A DNA stretch of 64,000 bases from Candidatus Thorarchaeota archaeon (GCA_048882385.1 JBHLRQ010000001.1:13340-77339), one strand, 5' to 3'. Counted from the first letter of the stretch, positions 1 through 8,529 are shown. A program made the numbers and translations. The notes: generated by a model from the letters alone, not told the origin.

Positions 1-14
1 TGTATACTGGCACC

Positions 15-557
15 TTATTCACCGCCCTCCACGAGTTTCTTAGTTCGAGTTTCTGCTAGAATCTCCTTCACTGGATCAACAGAAAGACCAGGTACGTCTG
101 GTTCAAGGCCCATATCTTCACGTTCCCAATCAGCAGTGACTGTGTAGAGCTGTCCTTTCTCAAGTAGTTCCTTGGCAAGAGCGACAATGTTAGGCGGCAC
201 TTTGCCTTCTTCGGCAGCCAAGTTCTTACAGTCAAAGAAGATGTCAGTGACTCGTACTTTTTGCGGACAGCGTTCTTGGCACTGAAAACATGTCAGACAG
301 AGCCAAATTTCATTGGAAGACAAGACCTCATCACGCATTCCTAATAGTATCATTCGAATAAGCTGATGGGGTTTGTATTCCCAGATATTTGCAATAGGAC
401 ATGCAGCTGTGCAAGTCGAGCAGGCAAAGCAGGCAGAAAGTTCTTCACCCTCTGGCATGCTTTGAATTTCCTCTCGGAATTTTTTATCAAGTTTCGACAC
501 ATCAATTGGATCAATCAATGTGATTGGGGGTCCAGCCGGTTCATCAGTTTCAGCCAT
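15..557 (-). CDS. HdrC-like 4Fe-4S dicluster protein (heterodisulfide reductase subunit C / succinate dehydrogenase C-like)
   Basis: Two CxxCxxCxxxCP ferredoxin-type motifs (CFACSTCTAACP and CLTCFQCQERCP) with the spacing typical of HdrC. Start chosen at MAETDEP (ATG 555-557); the ORF extends to 605. Confidence 0.55.
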   Translation of the reverse strand: MAETDEPAGPPITLIDPIDVSKLDKKFREEIQSMPEGEELSACFACSTCTAACPIANIWEYKPHQLIRMILLGMRDEVLSSNEIWLCLTCFQCQERCPQKVRVTDIFFDCKNLAAEEGKVPPNIVALAKELLEKGQLYTVTADWEREDMGLEPDVPGLSVDPVKEILAETRTKKLVEGGE

Positions 558-667
558 GGTAAACACCACAAGCATTCTTTGTTTTTGGCAGAGATGGCAG
601 GGCAATTTGTCAGCCCATATTAAAAGTTTGCAGACGCGGCGTGTTTTTCTATTTTAGACCTAGATGA

Positions 668-856
668 CTAGTCTGGTAATCCTTTTTGATATATCAAACG
701 GAGAATACCGGCTAGTCCAAACGTGATAAAACCCAAATAGAGCGCGATTTCAAGCAACCCCCAAGAGCTCGGGAGGTTCATCAATAATCCAGAGACAGCT
801 AGTGCAATACAGAAAAAGCCGACAATGAAGAAAAACCATGATCGGGGAATTGACAT
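668..856 (-). CDS. small hydrophobic membrane protein (2 TM), hypothetical
   Basis: 62-aa ORF with two hydrophobic helices; no recognisable family. Confidence 0.3.
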   Translation of the reverse strand: MSIPRSWFFFIVGFFCIALAVSGLLMNLPSSWGLLEIALYLGFITFGLAGILRLIYQKGLPD

Positions 857-895
857 GACTCAACAACCTCCAATGAGCACTTAGGACTTTCTGTC

Positions 896-1183
896 CTAGG
901 AGGGTTGGATTAAGTCTAATACTTTTTCCATTCTTCCTTTCAATAGTCTATAAGGTTGAAGTGCGATATCCCGAATCTCTGTGGTTGCTTTTACAAGGTA
1001 TCCTTTGAGATCATCAGCATCACCTTTCATTTTGACAAGAGTGGGACTAGCATCAGTCAGAAGGCGCAATGTGTTTGTGAGAGCTACTTGGTACTTGTCA
1101 TATTCCATACCTATTTTGCTGCTAGACTCTTCGATAAACTCAATTAACGATATGAGTTCAGAAATAATGGCTTCCTTTGTCAT
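896..1183 (-). CDS. hypothetical protein, 95 aa, last gene of the pcna-priS-gins15 operon
   Basis: Overlaps the gins15 stop by 4 nt (ATGA-type coupling); no motif recognised. Confidence 0.3.
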   Translation of the reverse strand: MTKEAIISELISLIEFIEESSSKIGMEYDKYQVALTNTLRLLTDASPTLVKMKGDADDLKGYLVKATTEIRDIALQPYRLLKGRMEKVLDLIQPS

Positions 1184-1818
1184 CCCTTATCCTCCTCTGG
1201 GATGAATCGAACTACAGTGCCATCTCGAAGCCAAAGACTTGCATTGGCTGAAGGAATCATTACAATATCTTCCTTCTTGAAAGGACCGTATGTCTTCTCA
1301 TCAAGTCCCATGAATGGCTCTTTAATTGCACGTAGAAACCTGACTGTAATGTAGTCAATTGCCTCAGAATCAGATGGCATTTCAGGGACGTCTTTTTTCG
1401 TTTCCTTTTTCTTCTTCTTTTTCTTCTTAACCGGTGAAGGTATTCCAGCTAGAGAATCCTTGATGAACTCTGTATGTCCATCGAGAGCCCTCTGGAATCT
1501 GTTATAGAATTCTTCCTCGGCAAGGGTCATGTCCCCTCTAGGTCTATGGCCGGATATTGCCGATTTCAGAATCTTCTGTCTTCTGAGCTCAAGAAGATCC
1601 TCTATCATGAATTCAATATTAAGAGCCTCCTGTGTCAAAATGTCTGCTTGAATGCGTTCTTCTGCATCAATGGAGGCTAATGAAAGCCGCAAGCCAGATA
1701 GATATGATACCATTTTGCTGAGCCGGAGATCACCCATATTTTGAAGACCTTCGTTTTCTAATTCGTTTTTCCATGCAGATACTATGTCAGAATATTCTAA
1801 ATCACTCAATGGTAGCAA
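1180..1818 (-). CDS. gins15: GINS subunit Gins15 (Gins51, Sld5/Psf1-like): N-terminal helical A-domain, C-terminal B-domain
   Basis: C-terminal B-domain signature TYGPFKKEDIVMIPSANASLWLRDGTVV (GPFxxxD...P...A..L..G pattern shared with the Gins23 ORF at 47126). Sits immediately downstream of priS, which is the classical arrangement. Contains a K9 linker. Start is ambiguous: TTG at 1818 or ATG at 1737, which has a GAAGGT Shine-Dalgarno. Confidence 0.6.
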   Translation of the reverse strand: MLPLSDLEYSDIVSAWKNELENEGLQNMGDLRLSKMVSYLSGLRLSLASIDAEERIQADILTQEALNIEFMIEDLLELRRQKILKSAISGHRPRGDMTLAEEEFYNRFQRALDGHTEFIKDSLAGIPSPVKKKKKKKKETKKDVPEMPSDSEAIDYITVRFLRAIKEPFMGLDEKTYGPFKKEDIVMIPSANASLWLRDGTVVRFIPEEDKG

Positions 1819-3190
1819 CTCCTTTACAAAGAACGAATGCTGCGGCTGCTAATGGTAGCTCAACAGATTCACCATGGAATGGCCCATAGTGTTCGTCATT
1901 AATCTTGAAACGTGGAACTCCTGGACTCTTTTGTAGAAATTTAACCTTCATATGTCCATCATTGAATGCGATGGCATCTCTAAATGGGTCAAAATCATCA
2001 AGCTGATCTCGCGTCAGTTCAGTAACAGAAAAGCCAGTCTTACCATTTAGACTTCCAATTAATCGGATGACTCTATGGATGTCATGGGTCACTGGACGGT
2101 CTATCTCTCCTCCATAGAACTCGGCAGCTTTTTCCGCGATTTCTTGCCATGACTTTATTCCAATAGATTTTGCTTCTTTACTCAGAATCGGAGGTTTTCT
2201 AAGAAGACCATCCAGAGCTGCAACCTTTCCTTCTCTGAGAGGTTTCACCCAGCGTTCATTTCCTGAGTAGTTGTCAATGTTTCTAACAAATTCGACAATT
2301 GCATCTGCCATCTTTCCAGACCAACCAGGAAAAGACCTGTCTGTGATTCTGTTCACGCTGCCTTGTGGGAAGATTACTTTCTCTGTGTTAAGACCAAGAC
2401 CCATGATATAATGCACTATCTGAATTCTACTATTCGAATCAAGTAAGTAGACGCGGGGGTCATGAACCCTTACATGATATCCTCGATGACCACTATAATT
2501 GAGTTGGATTGTATTGGGATCAAATCCAAAGTCATTGAGAAGAAAATCATCGTATAGTTTCACTGTGTGCTTCTTGGCTTCATCAAGACATTTTTCACAG
2601 ACCCATTTTCTTGTACTGAAACTTTTTCCATCACAGTCCGGGCAGCTTTCTGGTGTAGGTCCTGAACCAGTTTTGTGACAACTATCGTTGTTGCATCTCC
2701 AAACATCATGGTCTTTGGCACATGGAATATCAAGATGATCAGCATCTATATCAAATACAAGTTCTGCACCAATCCATTCCTTTTCATCCATATGACGGGC
2801 CACAGGTATCTTGTAGAATGCTGCGGAGTGATAGATACTATGAGGTGCTACAGCTGCTAAATCTTTCAAAAGTTCATCGCGATTAAGATAGCCAATATGT
2901 CGTCTCCACATCGTTGTCTGAATCTCAGAGGACCCACAATTGGGACATTTCTTGACAGGGTCAAAAGATTTTCCTGATTGACCGCAACCGGACCATGTAT
3001 TTTGGCCAGATTCATCACGAATTGGTCTTTTGGGGCAGAACCAGTTATGCTCCCAGCTTTGAATGCCAAATTCTTTAGTGTGAATTCTTTCAGGAGTGTC
3101 GACAGAGTCTGGATTAGATTTGTAGTATTCATGAAACATGAATCGCAGTTTCAGAACTGTACTTGTGAAACCCTGATTCTGTTTCGACAT
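1802..3190 (-). CDS. priS: DNA primase small (catalytic) subunit PriS, long form with extra Cys-rich Zn modules
   Basis: Archaeo-eukaryotic primase catalytic motif ELVFDIDADHLD and the SGHRGYHV motif. Cys clusters CPNCGSSE and CPDCDG...CEKC. 462 aa, which is longer than typical PriS. Confidence 0.85.
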   Translation of the reverse strand: MSKQNQGFTSTVLKLRFMFHEYYKSNPDSVDTPERIHTKEFGIQSWEHNWFCPKRPIRDESGQNTWSGCGQSGKSFDPVKKCPNCGSSEIQTTMWRRHIGYLNRDELLKDLAAVAPHSIYHSAAFYKIPVARHMDEKEWIGAELVFDIDADHLDIPCAKDHDVWRCNNDSCHKTGSGPTPESCPDCDGKSFSTRKWVCEKCLDEAKKHTVKLYDDFLLNDFGFDPNTIQLNYSGHRGYHVRVHDPRVYLLDSNSRIQIVHYIMGLGLNTEKVIFPQGSVNRITDRSFPGWSGKMADAIVEFVRNIDNYSGNERWVKPLREGKVAALDGLLRKPPILSKEAKSIGIKSWQEIAEKAAEFYGGEIDRPVTHDIHRVIRLIGSLNGKTGFSVTELTRDQLDDFDPFRDAIAFNDGHMKVKFLQKSPGVPRFKINDEHYGPFHGESVELPLAAAAFVLCKGVATIE

Positions 3191-3195
3191 GGTTT

Positions 3196-3963
3196 CTACC
3201 CACGTTCTACCCTACGTTCTACACGAGGTGCTAGAACAAAGCTTATGCTTCCTGCTTCTGCAATTGAGTATTCTAACAGCATTGGTTTGTTCGACGTGAA
3301 CTGAAGCATCAGGCTATCGCTAGCTATCGCCTTTGAAATCTCAGAAAGATAATTCAGTGCATACATTGCTACTGATTTTCCTGAAACTTCTAATTGGAAG
3401 AGGGCTGGTGCATCACCTTTTGTTGTCAGTGAAACACTTGCTTCACCTGTATCACCTTCACCAGCAAATGCGAGTTTTTCAGATTCTGCAGTAATTTTTA
3501 CATGGCTGGAGACTACTGCAATATCTTTGATTGTCTGTTTGAAGGTATCAGAAAGCATCTCAGCTTTTACATCGAATTGGATTCCAGGTTTCTTCGTTTG
3601 TTCTTCAGGAGGTCTCAAGAGCTGTAATTTAAACACCCTGTCTGCTTGGCCAATCATCTTAATCTCAAAGCGTTTCTCTGATTCATCTAAATTGAATTCT
3701 AGATGCTCATCACCAGCCATACGCTTGCTGATTTTGGTTAGTTCATCAATCCCCAAGCAGATATCATGCTCACCCTTACATGAATACTCTTGGAAGATAT
3801 CTGATGGCAGAGCTAGGTCGACCATAGCAGCTTTTGATGAATCTAGTTGACGTAGTGATATTCCTGATTCTGACACACGAAAATGTGCCTCTGTTAGGAG
3901 GGTTGCTAAGGAATCTATAATTTGCTTCCATGTCTTGGTGCTATCGAGTGTCGCATGAAACAT
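3196..3963 (-). CDS. pcn: PCNA sliding clamp
   Basis: Full-length similarity to the PCNA fold and order (MFHATLDSTKTWKQIIDSLATLL...); 255 aa; 5-nt gap to priS. Confidence 0.9.
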   Translation of the reverse strand: MFHATLDSTKTWKQIIDSLATLLTEAHFRVSESGISLRQLDSSKAAMVDLALPSDIFQEYSCKGEHDICLGIDELTKISKRMAGDEHLEFNLDESEKRFEIKMIGQADRVFKLQLLRPPEEQTKKPGIQFDVKAEMLSDTFKQTIKDIAVVSSHVKITAESEKLAFAGEGDTGEASVSLTTKGDAPALFQLEVSGKSVAMYALNYLSEISKAIASDSLMLQFTSNKPMLLEYSIAEAGSISFVLAPRVERRVERG

Positions 3964-4058
3964 TCCATTATCTCCAGCTTTGAACTAGATTCTCAAAAGG
4001 AATTCTGCATTTAAAATGTACTTCTCGGAAAATTGGTTCAATGTTTTATTACTAGTTT

Positions 4059-4430
4059 CTAATCGCTCAATGCACGTGTAACCTGTTCATCCATTTCAAG
4101 TACTTCTTTATAGAGTGCTAAATCTAATGTATCAATATTGTGAGCAATTATGACGTTCAGTCGTAGTTCTTTTCCATCATCACCCGTTTTTTCGGTTACT
4201 TCTCCAATTAGCATGTATTTGTGTTTAATCTCAAGAGACCCATCTATGCTAACCTGAATCTTCTCAGCTTTCTTTACATCGTCGAAAATATCTTGGATAA
4301 CTGCAAACCCTGGACCGGAATCAACAACAATTCCCATGATCCTTACTGGGTCTGTAGTCTTTGAAGACAAGTCCCGTATTCTCATGAGTTTTGACGGTTT
4401 GCGACGCGGATAGCTTTTCTCTTCAGCCAA
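4059..4430 (-). CDS. OB-fold nucleic-acid-binding protein (RPA/SSB-like small subunit candidate)
   Basis: 123 aa with a beta-rich OB-like pattern (VRIMGIVVD...FAVIQD...IQVSIDGSLEI...LRLNVIIAHNI). Adjacent to pcna in a replication island. Confidence 0.4.
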   Translation of the reverse strand: MAEEKSYPRRKPSKLMRIRDLSSKTTDPVRIMGIVVDSGPGFAVIQDIFDDVKKAEKIQVSIDGSLEIKHKYMLIGEVTEKTGDDGKELRLNVIIAHNIDTLDLALYKEVLEMDEQVTRALSD

Positions 4431-4532
4431 GATTTTGCACCAGTTGTATTAGTAGGATTTATTGGACTTGAGCCACACAGGGAGCTTTGATTTGAGGGCT
4501 ATAAATCTGTCAGTTGGAGAGTAGACCCAATA

Positions 4533-4862
4533 CTAACCACCATAGTTCCGCCAAGTGTGTTTGCACTCTGTGCATCTGTAGAACTCTGTAGCGCCTTCGT
4601 CTCCTCGTCTTGTTTGGACAGTCCAATAGTAAGCATCGGTATTACCACATTTTGGACATGAGGCTTTTGTGACGGGCATGGGAATAGATTCGTCCTCAAC
4701 AACGATTATTTTGTCACGGGGTGTCTTCTCAAGGTTCTGAGAAACTGTCAATCTGCCTTTGATTTCCTTTGTATAATCACAACTACGGCATTTCAAAACT
4801 CTAGAACCATCATCTGTAGTTGTTGGAACCATCATTGCTCCGCATTTTTCACAGAATTCCAT
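4533..4862 (-). CDS. tfs: Transcription factor S (TFS) / RNAP subunit M, TFIIS-type Zn ribbon
   Basis: N-terminal Zn ribbon CEKCGAMM...CRSC and C-terminal TFIIS-type CPKCGNTDAYYWTVQTRRGDEGATEFYRCTECKHTWR. Confidence 0.85.
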   Translation of the reverse strand: MEFCEKCGAMMVPTTTDDGSRVLKCRSCDYTKEIKGRLTVSQNLEKTPRDKIIVVEDESIPMPVTKASCPKCGNTDAYYWTVQTRRGDEGATEFYRCTECKHTWRNYGG

Positions 4863-4930
4863 AGCGTATCAACTTCTCCGTCGGTTCTTGCAGTTTTCAA
4901 TTAAGCGTTATGACAACACCAAGTTCTCGA

Positions 4931-5341
4931 CTAAGGCAATGAGTCAATGTATTGCTCGAGTAGATATTGGAAAGATTTTGCAGCTATCTCTCCTTCTTTC
5001 TTTCTGCTGGTTCTGGAATCAATATGAAGTGTTTCCCTAAGAGTTTCAACTGCTTGATCTACAGTTACTTTTCCGGACATCCATAGATAAGCCATAATGG
5101 CCTCATAAGCGTCAGCTGCTCTTCCAGCATCGGTTCTTCGAGAGATTCGAGTATAGATAGTAGTGGCTCGAATAGCTCTTGCAAGAACGCTGTCTCTTAC
5201 TTTCTCGCCTGTTGTTTGCCCGAGAACTAGTGATTTAGTCAGAGAGTATACGAAATTCACTAGATTGTCTCCAACTTTTGCGAGACCTTTGTCATTTATG
5301 ATTGCCTCTAATGATTCATGATGCACGAAGGTTTCCCACAA
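4931..5341 (-). CDS. hypothetical protein (possible RNase III-like GD signature)
   Basis: 136 aa; the segment GLAKVGDNLVNFVYSLT loosely resembles the RNase III / mini-III signature. Lies between tfs and rpoL. Confidence 0.3.
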   Translation of the reverse strand: MWETFVHHESLEAIINDKGLAKVGDNLVNFVYSLTKSLVLGQTTGEKVRDSVLARAIRATTIYTRISRRTDAGRAADAYEAIMAYLWMSGKVTVDQAVETLRETLHIDSRTSRKKEGEIAAKSFQYLLEQYIDSLP

Positions 5342-5373
5342 CAGAAGGGACCTCCTTGTAACTATTTTCGGGA

Positions 5374-5664
5374 CTAATCGACACTGTGGTCTGACACTGC
5401 CTGTTTGAACTTTTTACGGAATTCCTCAGTTCTGGCAAGCATCTTCTCCAGTGATTCCCTAAGAACAACATTCGCTTGGCGCCTTTTCGTCTTAAGAGTC
5501 AGAATTGGGCTGGCAAGTAATGGATGTTCGATATTGTAACCAGCAAATTCAACTGATGACTCTTCTAAGAGTGTCTTACGAAGTAAATTAGGGAATGAAT
5601 GTCCCTCTCCACCAATCTCAAACTTTAGTTCATATTTTGTATGTTCAATTGTTCTTGGCTTCAC
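5374..5664 (-). CDS. rpoL: DNA-directed RNA polymerase subunit L (Rpo11 / Rpb11 homolog)
   Basis: KFEIGGEGHSFPNLLRKTLLE...VEFAGYNIEHPL matches the RpoL / Rpb11 dimerisation-domain consensus. Confidence 0.8.
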   Translation of the reverse strand: MKPRTIEHTKYELKFEIGGEGHSFPNLLRKTLLEESSVEFAGYNIEHPLLASPILTLKTKRRQANVVLRESLEKMLARTEEFRKKFKQAVSDHSVD

Positions 5665-5666
5665 AT

Positions 5667-5790
5667 CTAGCGCCTCCTATTATCTCTGCGTCGATTGTCA
5701 CCTTCTCTGTCGCTGCGACTTCTTCCTCGTGGACCATCAAAGCGCCTTCCGCCACGGCCTCCTCTGTCATCACGATCATAACGTCTGCCC
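5667..5790 (-). repeat. low-complexity RGG/RD repeat coding region (Csl4 C-terminal tail)
   Basis: GRRYDRDDRGGRGGRRFDGPRGRSRSDREGDNRRRDNRRR is encoded here. Confidence 0.6.
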
Positions 5791-6410
5791 TCGTATGATC
5801 TTCTACGAGGGGCTAAATCGGGTCTTGCTTCTAATCCAAAGATTTGTCCATAATCATTAGCGACCTCTCGTGTTTCTCGATTCTCACATCTAAGGCAGAA
5901 CATGTTATTGTGAGTTGTAAGTGTCAGTGGGTTACCACATCTTGAGCAGTTAGCGAAAACAACACCAAATTCTTGACCAACCAAAGAAAGTTTTACAGGT
6001 ATCTCATGTGTGTTAGTTGCTACTGCACGAATGATATCGCCATGTTTTAGAACATCTAACATGCTCTTAACATATCTCCGGGTCACATTGCTAATGTGTA
6101 ATTCGCCCAAAATTCCACTGTGGATATCCTTGTCGTTTCTTCTTACTATCAAGACTTCAGCACGCTGATCGAATGCAAGCACAACCTTGCCCATTAGAAC
6201 ATCACCTGCAATTGGGAGTGCCAGCTTCATCGTGCCGTCGGGACTTACAACACTGATACTGCGGTCTTTAAGATCCATGGAAACTGTTCCGGGTGCAGCA
6301 GCATAGACAATGCCTTCCTTCTCGTATGTACCATAACTAGGCATCAATTCCTCGATGACGCATAGCTGGTCACCAGGCACTACAATATCTCCACTCTTTA
6401 CATCTGCCAT
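5667..6410 (-). CDS. csl4: Exosome subunit Csl4 (S1 domain + Zn ribbon) with RGG/RD-rich C-terminal tail
   Basis: N-terminal domain plus S1 fold, and Zn ribbon CSRCGNPL...CLRCENRE. Start at MADVKSGD (ATG 6408-6410). C-terminal ~40 aa is GRRYDRDDRGGRGGRRFDGPRGRSRSDREGDNRRRDNRRR. Confidence 0.8.
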   Translation of the reverse strand: MADVKSGDIVVPGDQLCVIEELMPSYGTYEKEGIVYAAAPGTVSMDLKDRSISVVSPDGTMKLALPIAGDVLMGKVVLAFDQRAEVLIVRRNDKDIHSGILGELHISNVTRRYVKSMLDVLKHGDIIRAVATNTHEIPVKLSLVGQEFGVVFANCSRCGNPLTLTTHNNMFCLRCENRETREVANDYGQIFGLEARPDLAPRRRSYEGRRYDRDDRGGRGGRRFDGPRGRSRSDREGDNRRRDNRRR

Positions 6411-6411
6411 T

Positions 6412-7041
6412 CTATTCACACTCGTTGGTGCATATGCGATACAAATCCACATTCACCATGTGTTTCTGTTTCTTGTGATGCTCGAACAGTCGACCAATTG
6501 GAAACTGAAACGTTTCAAGCTGTGCTACTCTTGCACCAAGCTTCTCAATCTCATTCTTCAGGAAGACCCTATTCTTGTCACCCGCGAGATGCATGCTGTA
6601 TGTCACACCAGCAAATGAGATCGCCATTTTCAGGAATCCTAGATCTGCACCTCTCTTTTTCACTCCGAACGGCGGATTACTCACCACGGTATCGACAGGA
6701 CAACGTAACTGCATGGAGGTTACATCCCCCAAGACCCAGTCAACAGTGTTTTCCGTTCCGAGTGAACGTGAGTTCATTTGAGACGCCTTTAAGGCTTTGC
6801 TTTGCACATCAATTCCAATAACACGATTTGCCCCTAGTAAAGCAGCCCCAATAGCAAAAATTCCATCACCGCATCCAAGATCACAAACAATCTTGTTTGT
6901 AATGTCATTGTGTTCCATTTGAGCTGCATAGAGTACAGAGGCGGCAATTGAGGCAGGAGTCGGATATTGTTCTAATGAAACATCATATGTGTCAAGACGT
7001 TTCATTGACTCGAGTGCCATCTCTAGATCTCTAAGGCGCAA
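6412..7041 (-). CDS. SAM-dependent N6-adenine RNA methyltransferase, METTL5-like (COG2263)
   Basis: Motif I VCDLGCGDGIFAIGAALLGA and motif IV NPPFG. Forms the conserved archaeal neighbourhood with csl4 and rpoL. Confidence 0.7.
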   Translation of the reverse strand: MRLRDLEMALESMKRLDTYDVSLEQYPTPASIAASVLYAAQMEHNDITNKIVCDLGCGDGIFAIGAALLGANRVIGIDVQSKALKASQMNSRSLGTENTVDWVLGDVTSMQLRCPVDTVVSNPPFGVKKRGADLGFLKMAISFAGVTYSMHLAGDKNRVFLKNEIEKLGARVAQLETFQFPIGRLFEHHKKQKHMVNVDLYRICTNECE

Positions 7042-7184
7042 TCAGTTCACCATCTATTTGTCTGAGTTAGTAAGGTTGGAGTTAACAATACAGATGAATA
7101 ATGTGATTTGTACCTCATTTCGCTAATACAGCCCTCGATAATACCTATCCTTATCTGTTCCATGTGCTCCATAGGCTCCAGTCG

Positions 7185-7201
7185 AAGTCCACTGGAACTT
7201 G
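7185..7201. other. Origin recognition box (mini-ORB) in the putative oriC upstream of orc1
   Basis: AAGTCCACTGGAACTTG; its reverse complement CAAGTTCCAGTGGACTT matches the archaeal ORB core GTTCCAGTGGAAAC in 11 contiguous nt. A degenerate second copy, GTTCCATGTGCTCCA, lies at 7157-7171, and there are AT-rich stretches. Confidence 0.5.
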
Positions 7202-7243
7202 CCTCAAGTTCGAATGGAAGTGTTTAAGTTCAAGGTAGCTGCC

Positions 7244-7255
7244 ATAAATAATATT
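7244..7255 (+). promoter_or_regulatory. TATA-like box for orc1 (leaderless-type spacing)
   Basis: ATAAATAATATT lies about 30 nt upstream of the orc1 ATG at 7279. Confidence 0.3.
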
Positions 7256-7278
7256 CTCTGCTGGGAGTAGATGATAAG

Positions 7279-8529
7279 TTGGAGAAACCTCTCGACAAAC
7301 TGTTTGACAAATTTCTGCAGGGTCAGGCTATCTTCAGAGATAGAACTGCTCTGAGGCCTACATATGTTCCAGAAAATCTTCCATATAGAGATGATCAGAT
7401 GAACAGAATTGGCGCAATATTGGGTCCAGCTCTTAGAGGTGCACCTCCTTCCAACATTCTCTGTTATGGAAAGACTGGAACTGGAAAGACTGTTGTGGCA
7501 CGCTATGTATTGGATATGCTTGTAAACAAAGCAGAAGAAAGTGGTGTGAATCCGCCTCTAACAGCATTTGTAAATTGCAGAATAGTTGGAACCAATTATA
7601 GGGTTTTGAAACGACTTTGTGATCAGATTGATGCTACAATGGGCGATGGTTCAGAAGTCCCTTTCACGGGACTTCCTACTGATGAAATTCGAGAGGTGTT
7701 AAAGAATAAACTAGACTCTGAAGCGAACATTTTGACTGTTGTACTTGATGAAGTCGACAGCTTGTTGAAACGTGATGCTGGTCAGGGCAACGACATTCTC
7801 TATGGATTGACGCGAATGAATGGAGAGTTGGAGAACAGTAGAATATCGATTATTGGAATAAGCAACGACCTCAAGTTCAAGGAGATGCTCGATCCACGGG
7901 TCTTGTCAACTCTTGGGGAGGAAGAGGTGATTTTCTCACCTTACAATGCTGTGGAATTGAGAGGTATCTTGAAGCAGAGGGTTGCACTTGCTTTCAATAG
8001 TAATGCAATAGGTGATGAAGGTGTTATCAACCTCGTAGGAGCTTTGGCAGCGCAAGAACATGGTGATGCTCGTAGAGCACTGGATTTGCTTCGAACTGCA
8101 GGAGAACTTGCTGAGCGGCGGGGTGATGAAAAGGTCACACAGGAACATGTTCGAGAAGCACAGAAAGTAATTGAGCGTGATACAATTACTGAAACTGTGA
8201 AAACACTCCCAATGCAATCGAAAGCTGTTCTATTTGCTGTCTACATCCTGGCTAACAAGGGTCAGCAAGACATATTCACTGGTGAGTGCTATAATGTCTA
8301 TTCGGACATAGCAAAATCACTTTCATTAGATACTCTAACGCAGCGGAGAGTATCGGATCTCATTTCTGAGCTTGACATGTTGGGATTGATCAATACAACT
8401 GTAATTTCAAAAGGTCGATATGGCAGAACTAAGAAAATCAAGCTAGCAGTGAGTAAGAAACAGATTGGTGTCATACTTGACGATGATGTACGACTCAGTA
8501 AGATGGCGCATGACATCGAATCAAGTTGA
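7279..8529 (+). CDS. orc1: Orc1/Cdc6 replication initiator (paralog 1)
   Basis: AAA+ Walker A GKTGTGKT, Walker B VVLDEVD, and a C-terminal winged helix. N-terminus is typical (RPTYVPENLPYRDDQMNRI). Confidence 0.9.
   Translation: MEKPLDKLFDKFLQGQAIFRDRTALRPTYVPENLPYRDDQMNRIGAILGPALRGAPPSNILCYGKTGTGKTVVARYVLDMLVNKAEESGVNPPLTAFVNCRIVGTNYRVLKRLCDQIDATMGDGSEVPFTGLPTDEIREVLKNKLDSEANILTVVLDEVDSLLKRDAGQGNDILYGLTRMNGELENSRISIIGISNDLKFKEMLDPRVLSTLGEEEVIFSPYNAVELRGILKQRVALAFNSNAIGDEGVINLVGALAAQEHGDARRALDLLRTAGELAERRGDEKVTQEHVREAQKVIERDTITETVKTLPMQSKAVLFAVYILANKGQQDIFTGECYNVYSDIAKSLSLDTLTQRRVSDLISELDMLGLINTTVISKGRYGRTKKIKLAVSKKQIGVILDDDVRLSKMAHDIESS

Noticed and set aside
366-623. Short ORFs antisense to or nested in confident genes: 366-623 in HdrC; 956-1205; 2560-3304 inside priS; 3527-3850 in pcna; 7936-8138 in orc1; 8922-9529 in dp1; 10079-10577; 11406-12443 in the mutase; 16352-16693 in the MFS gene; and similar
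   Set aside because: Each lies on the opposite strand of, or within, a gene with strong family motifs, and shows low-complexity or biased composition. These are typical shadow ORFs.
1380-1440. Homopolymer-rich tract (encodes the K9 run in Gins15) as a possible slippery or frameshift site
   Set aside because: The reading frame is continuous and the flanking domains (A and B) are intact, so it is interpreted as a lysine-rich linker and not a pseudogene.
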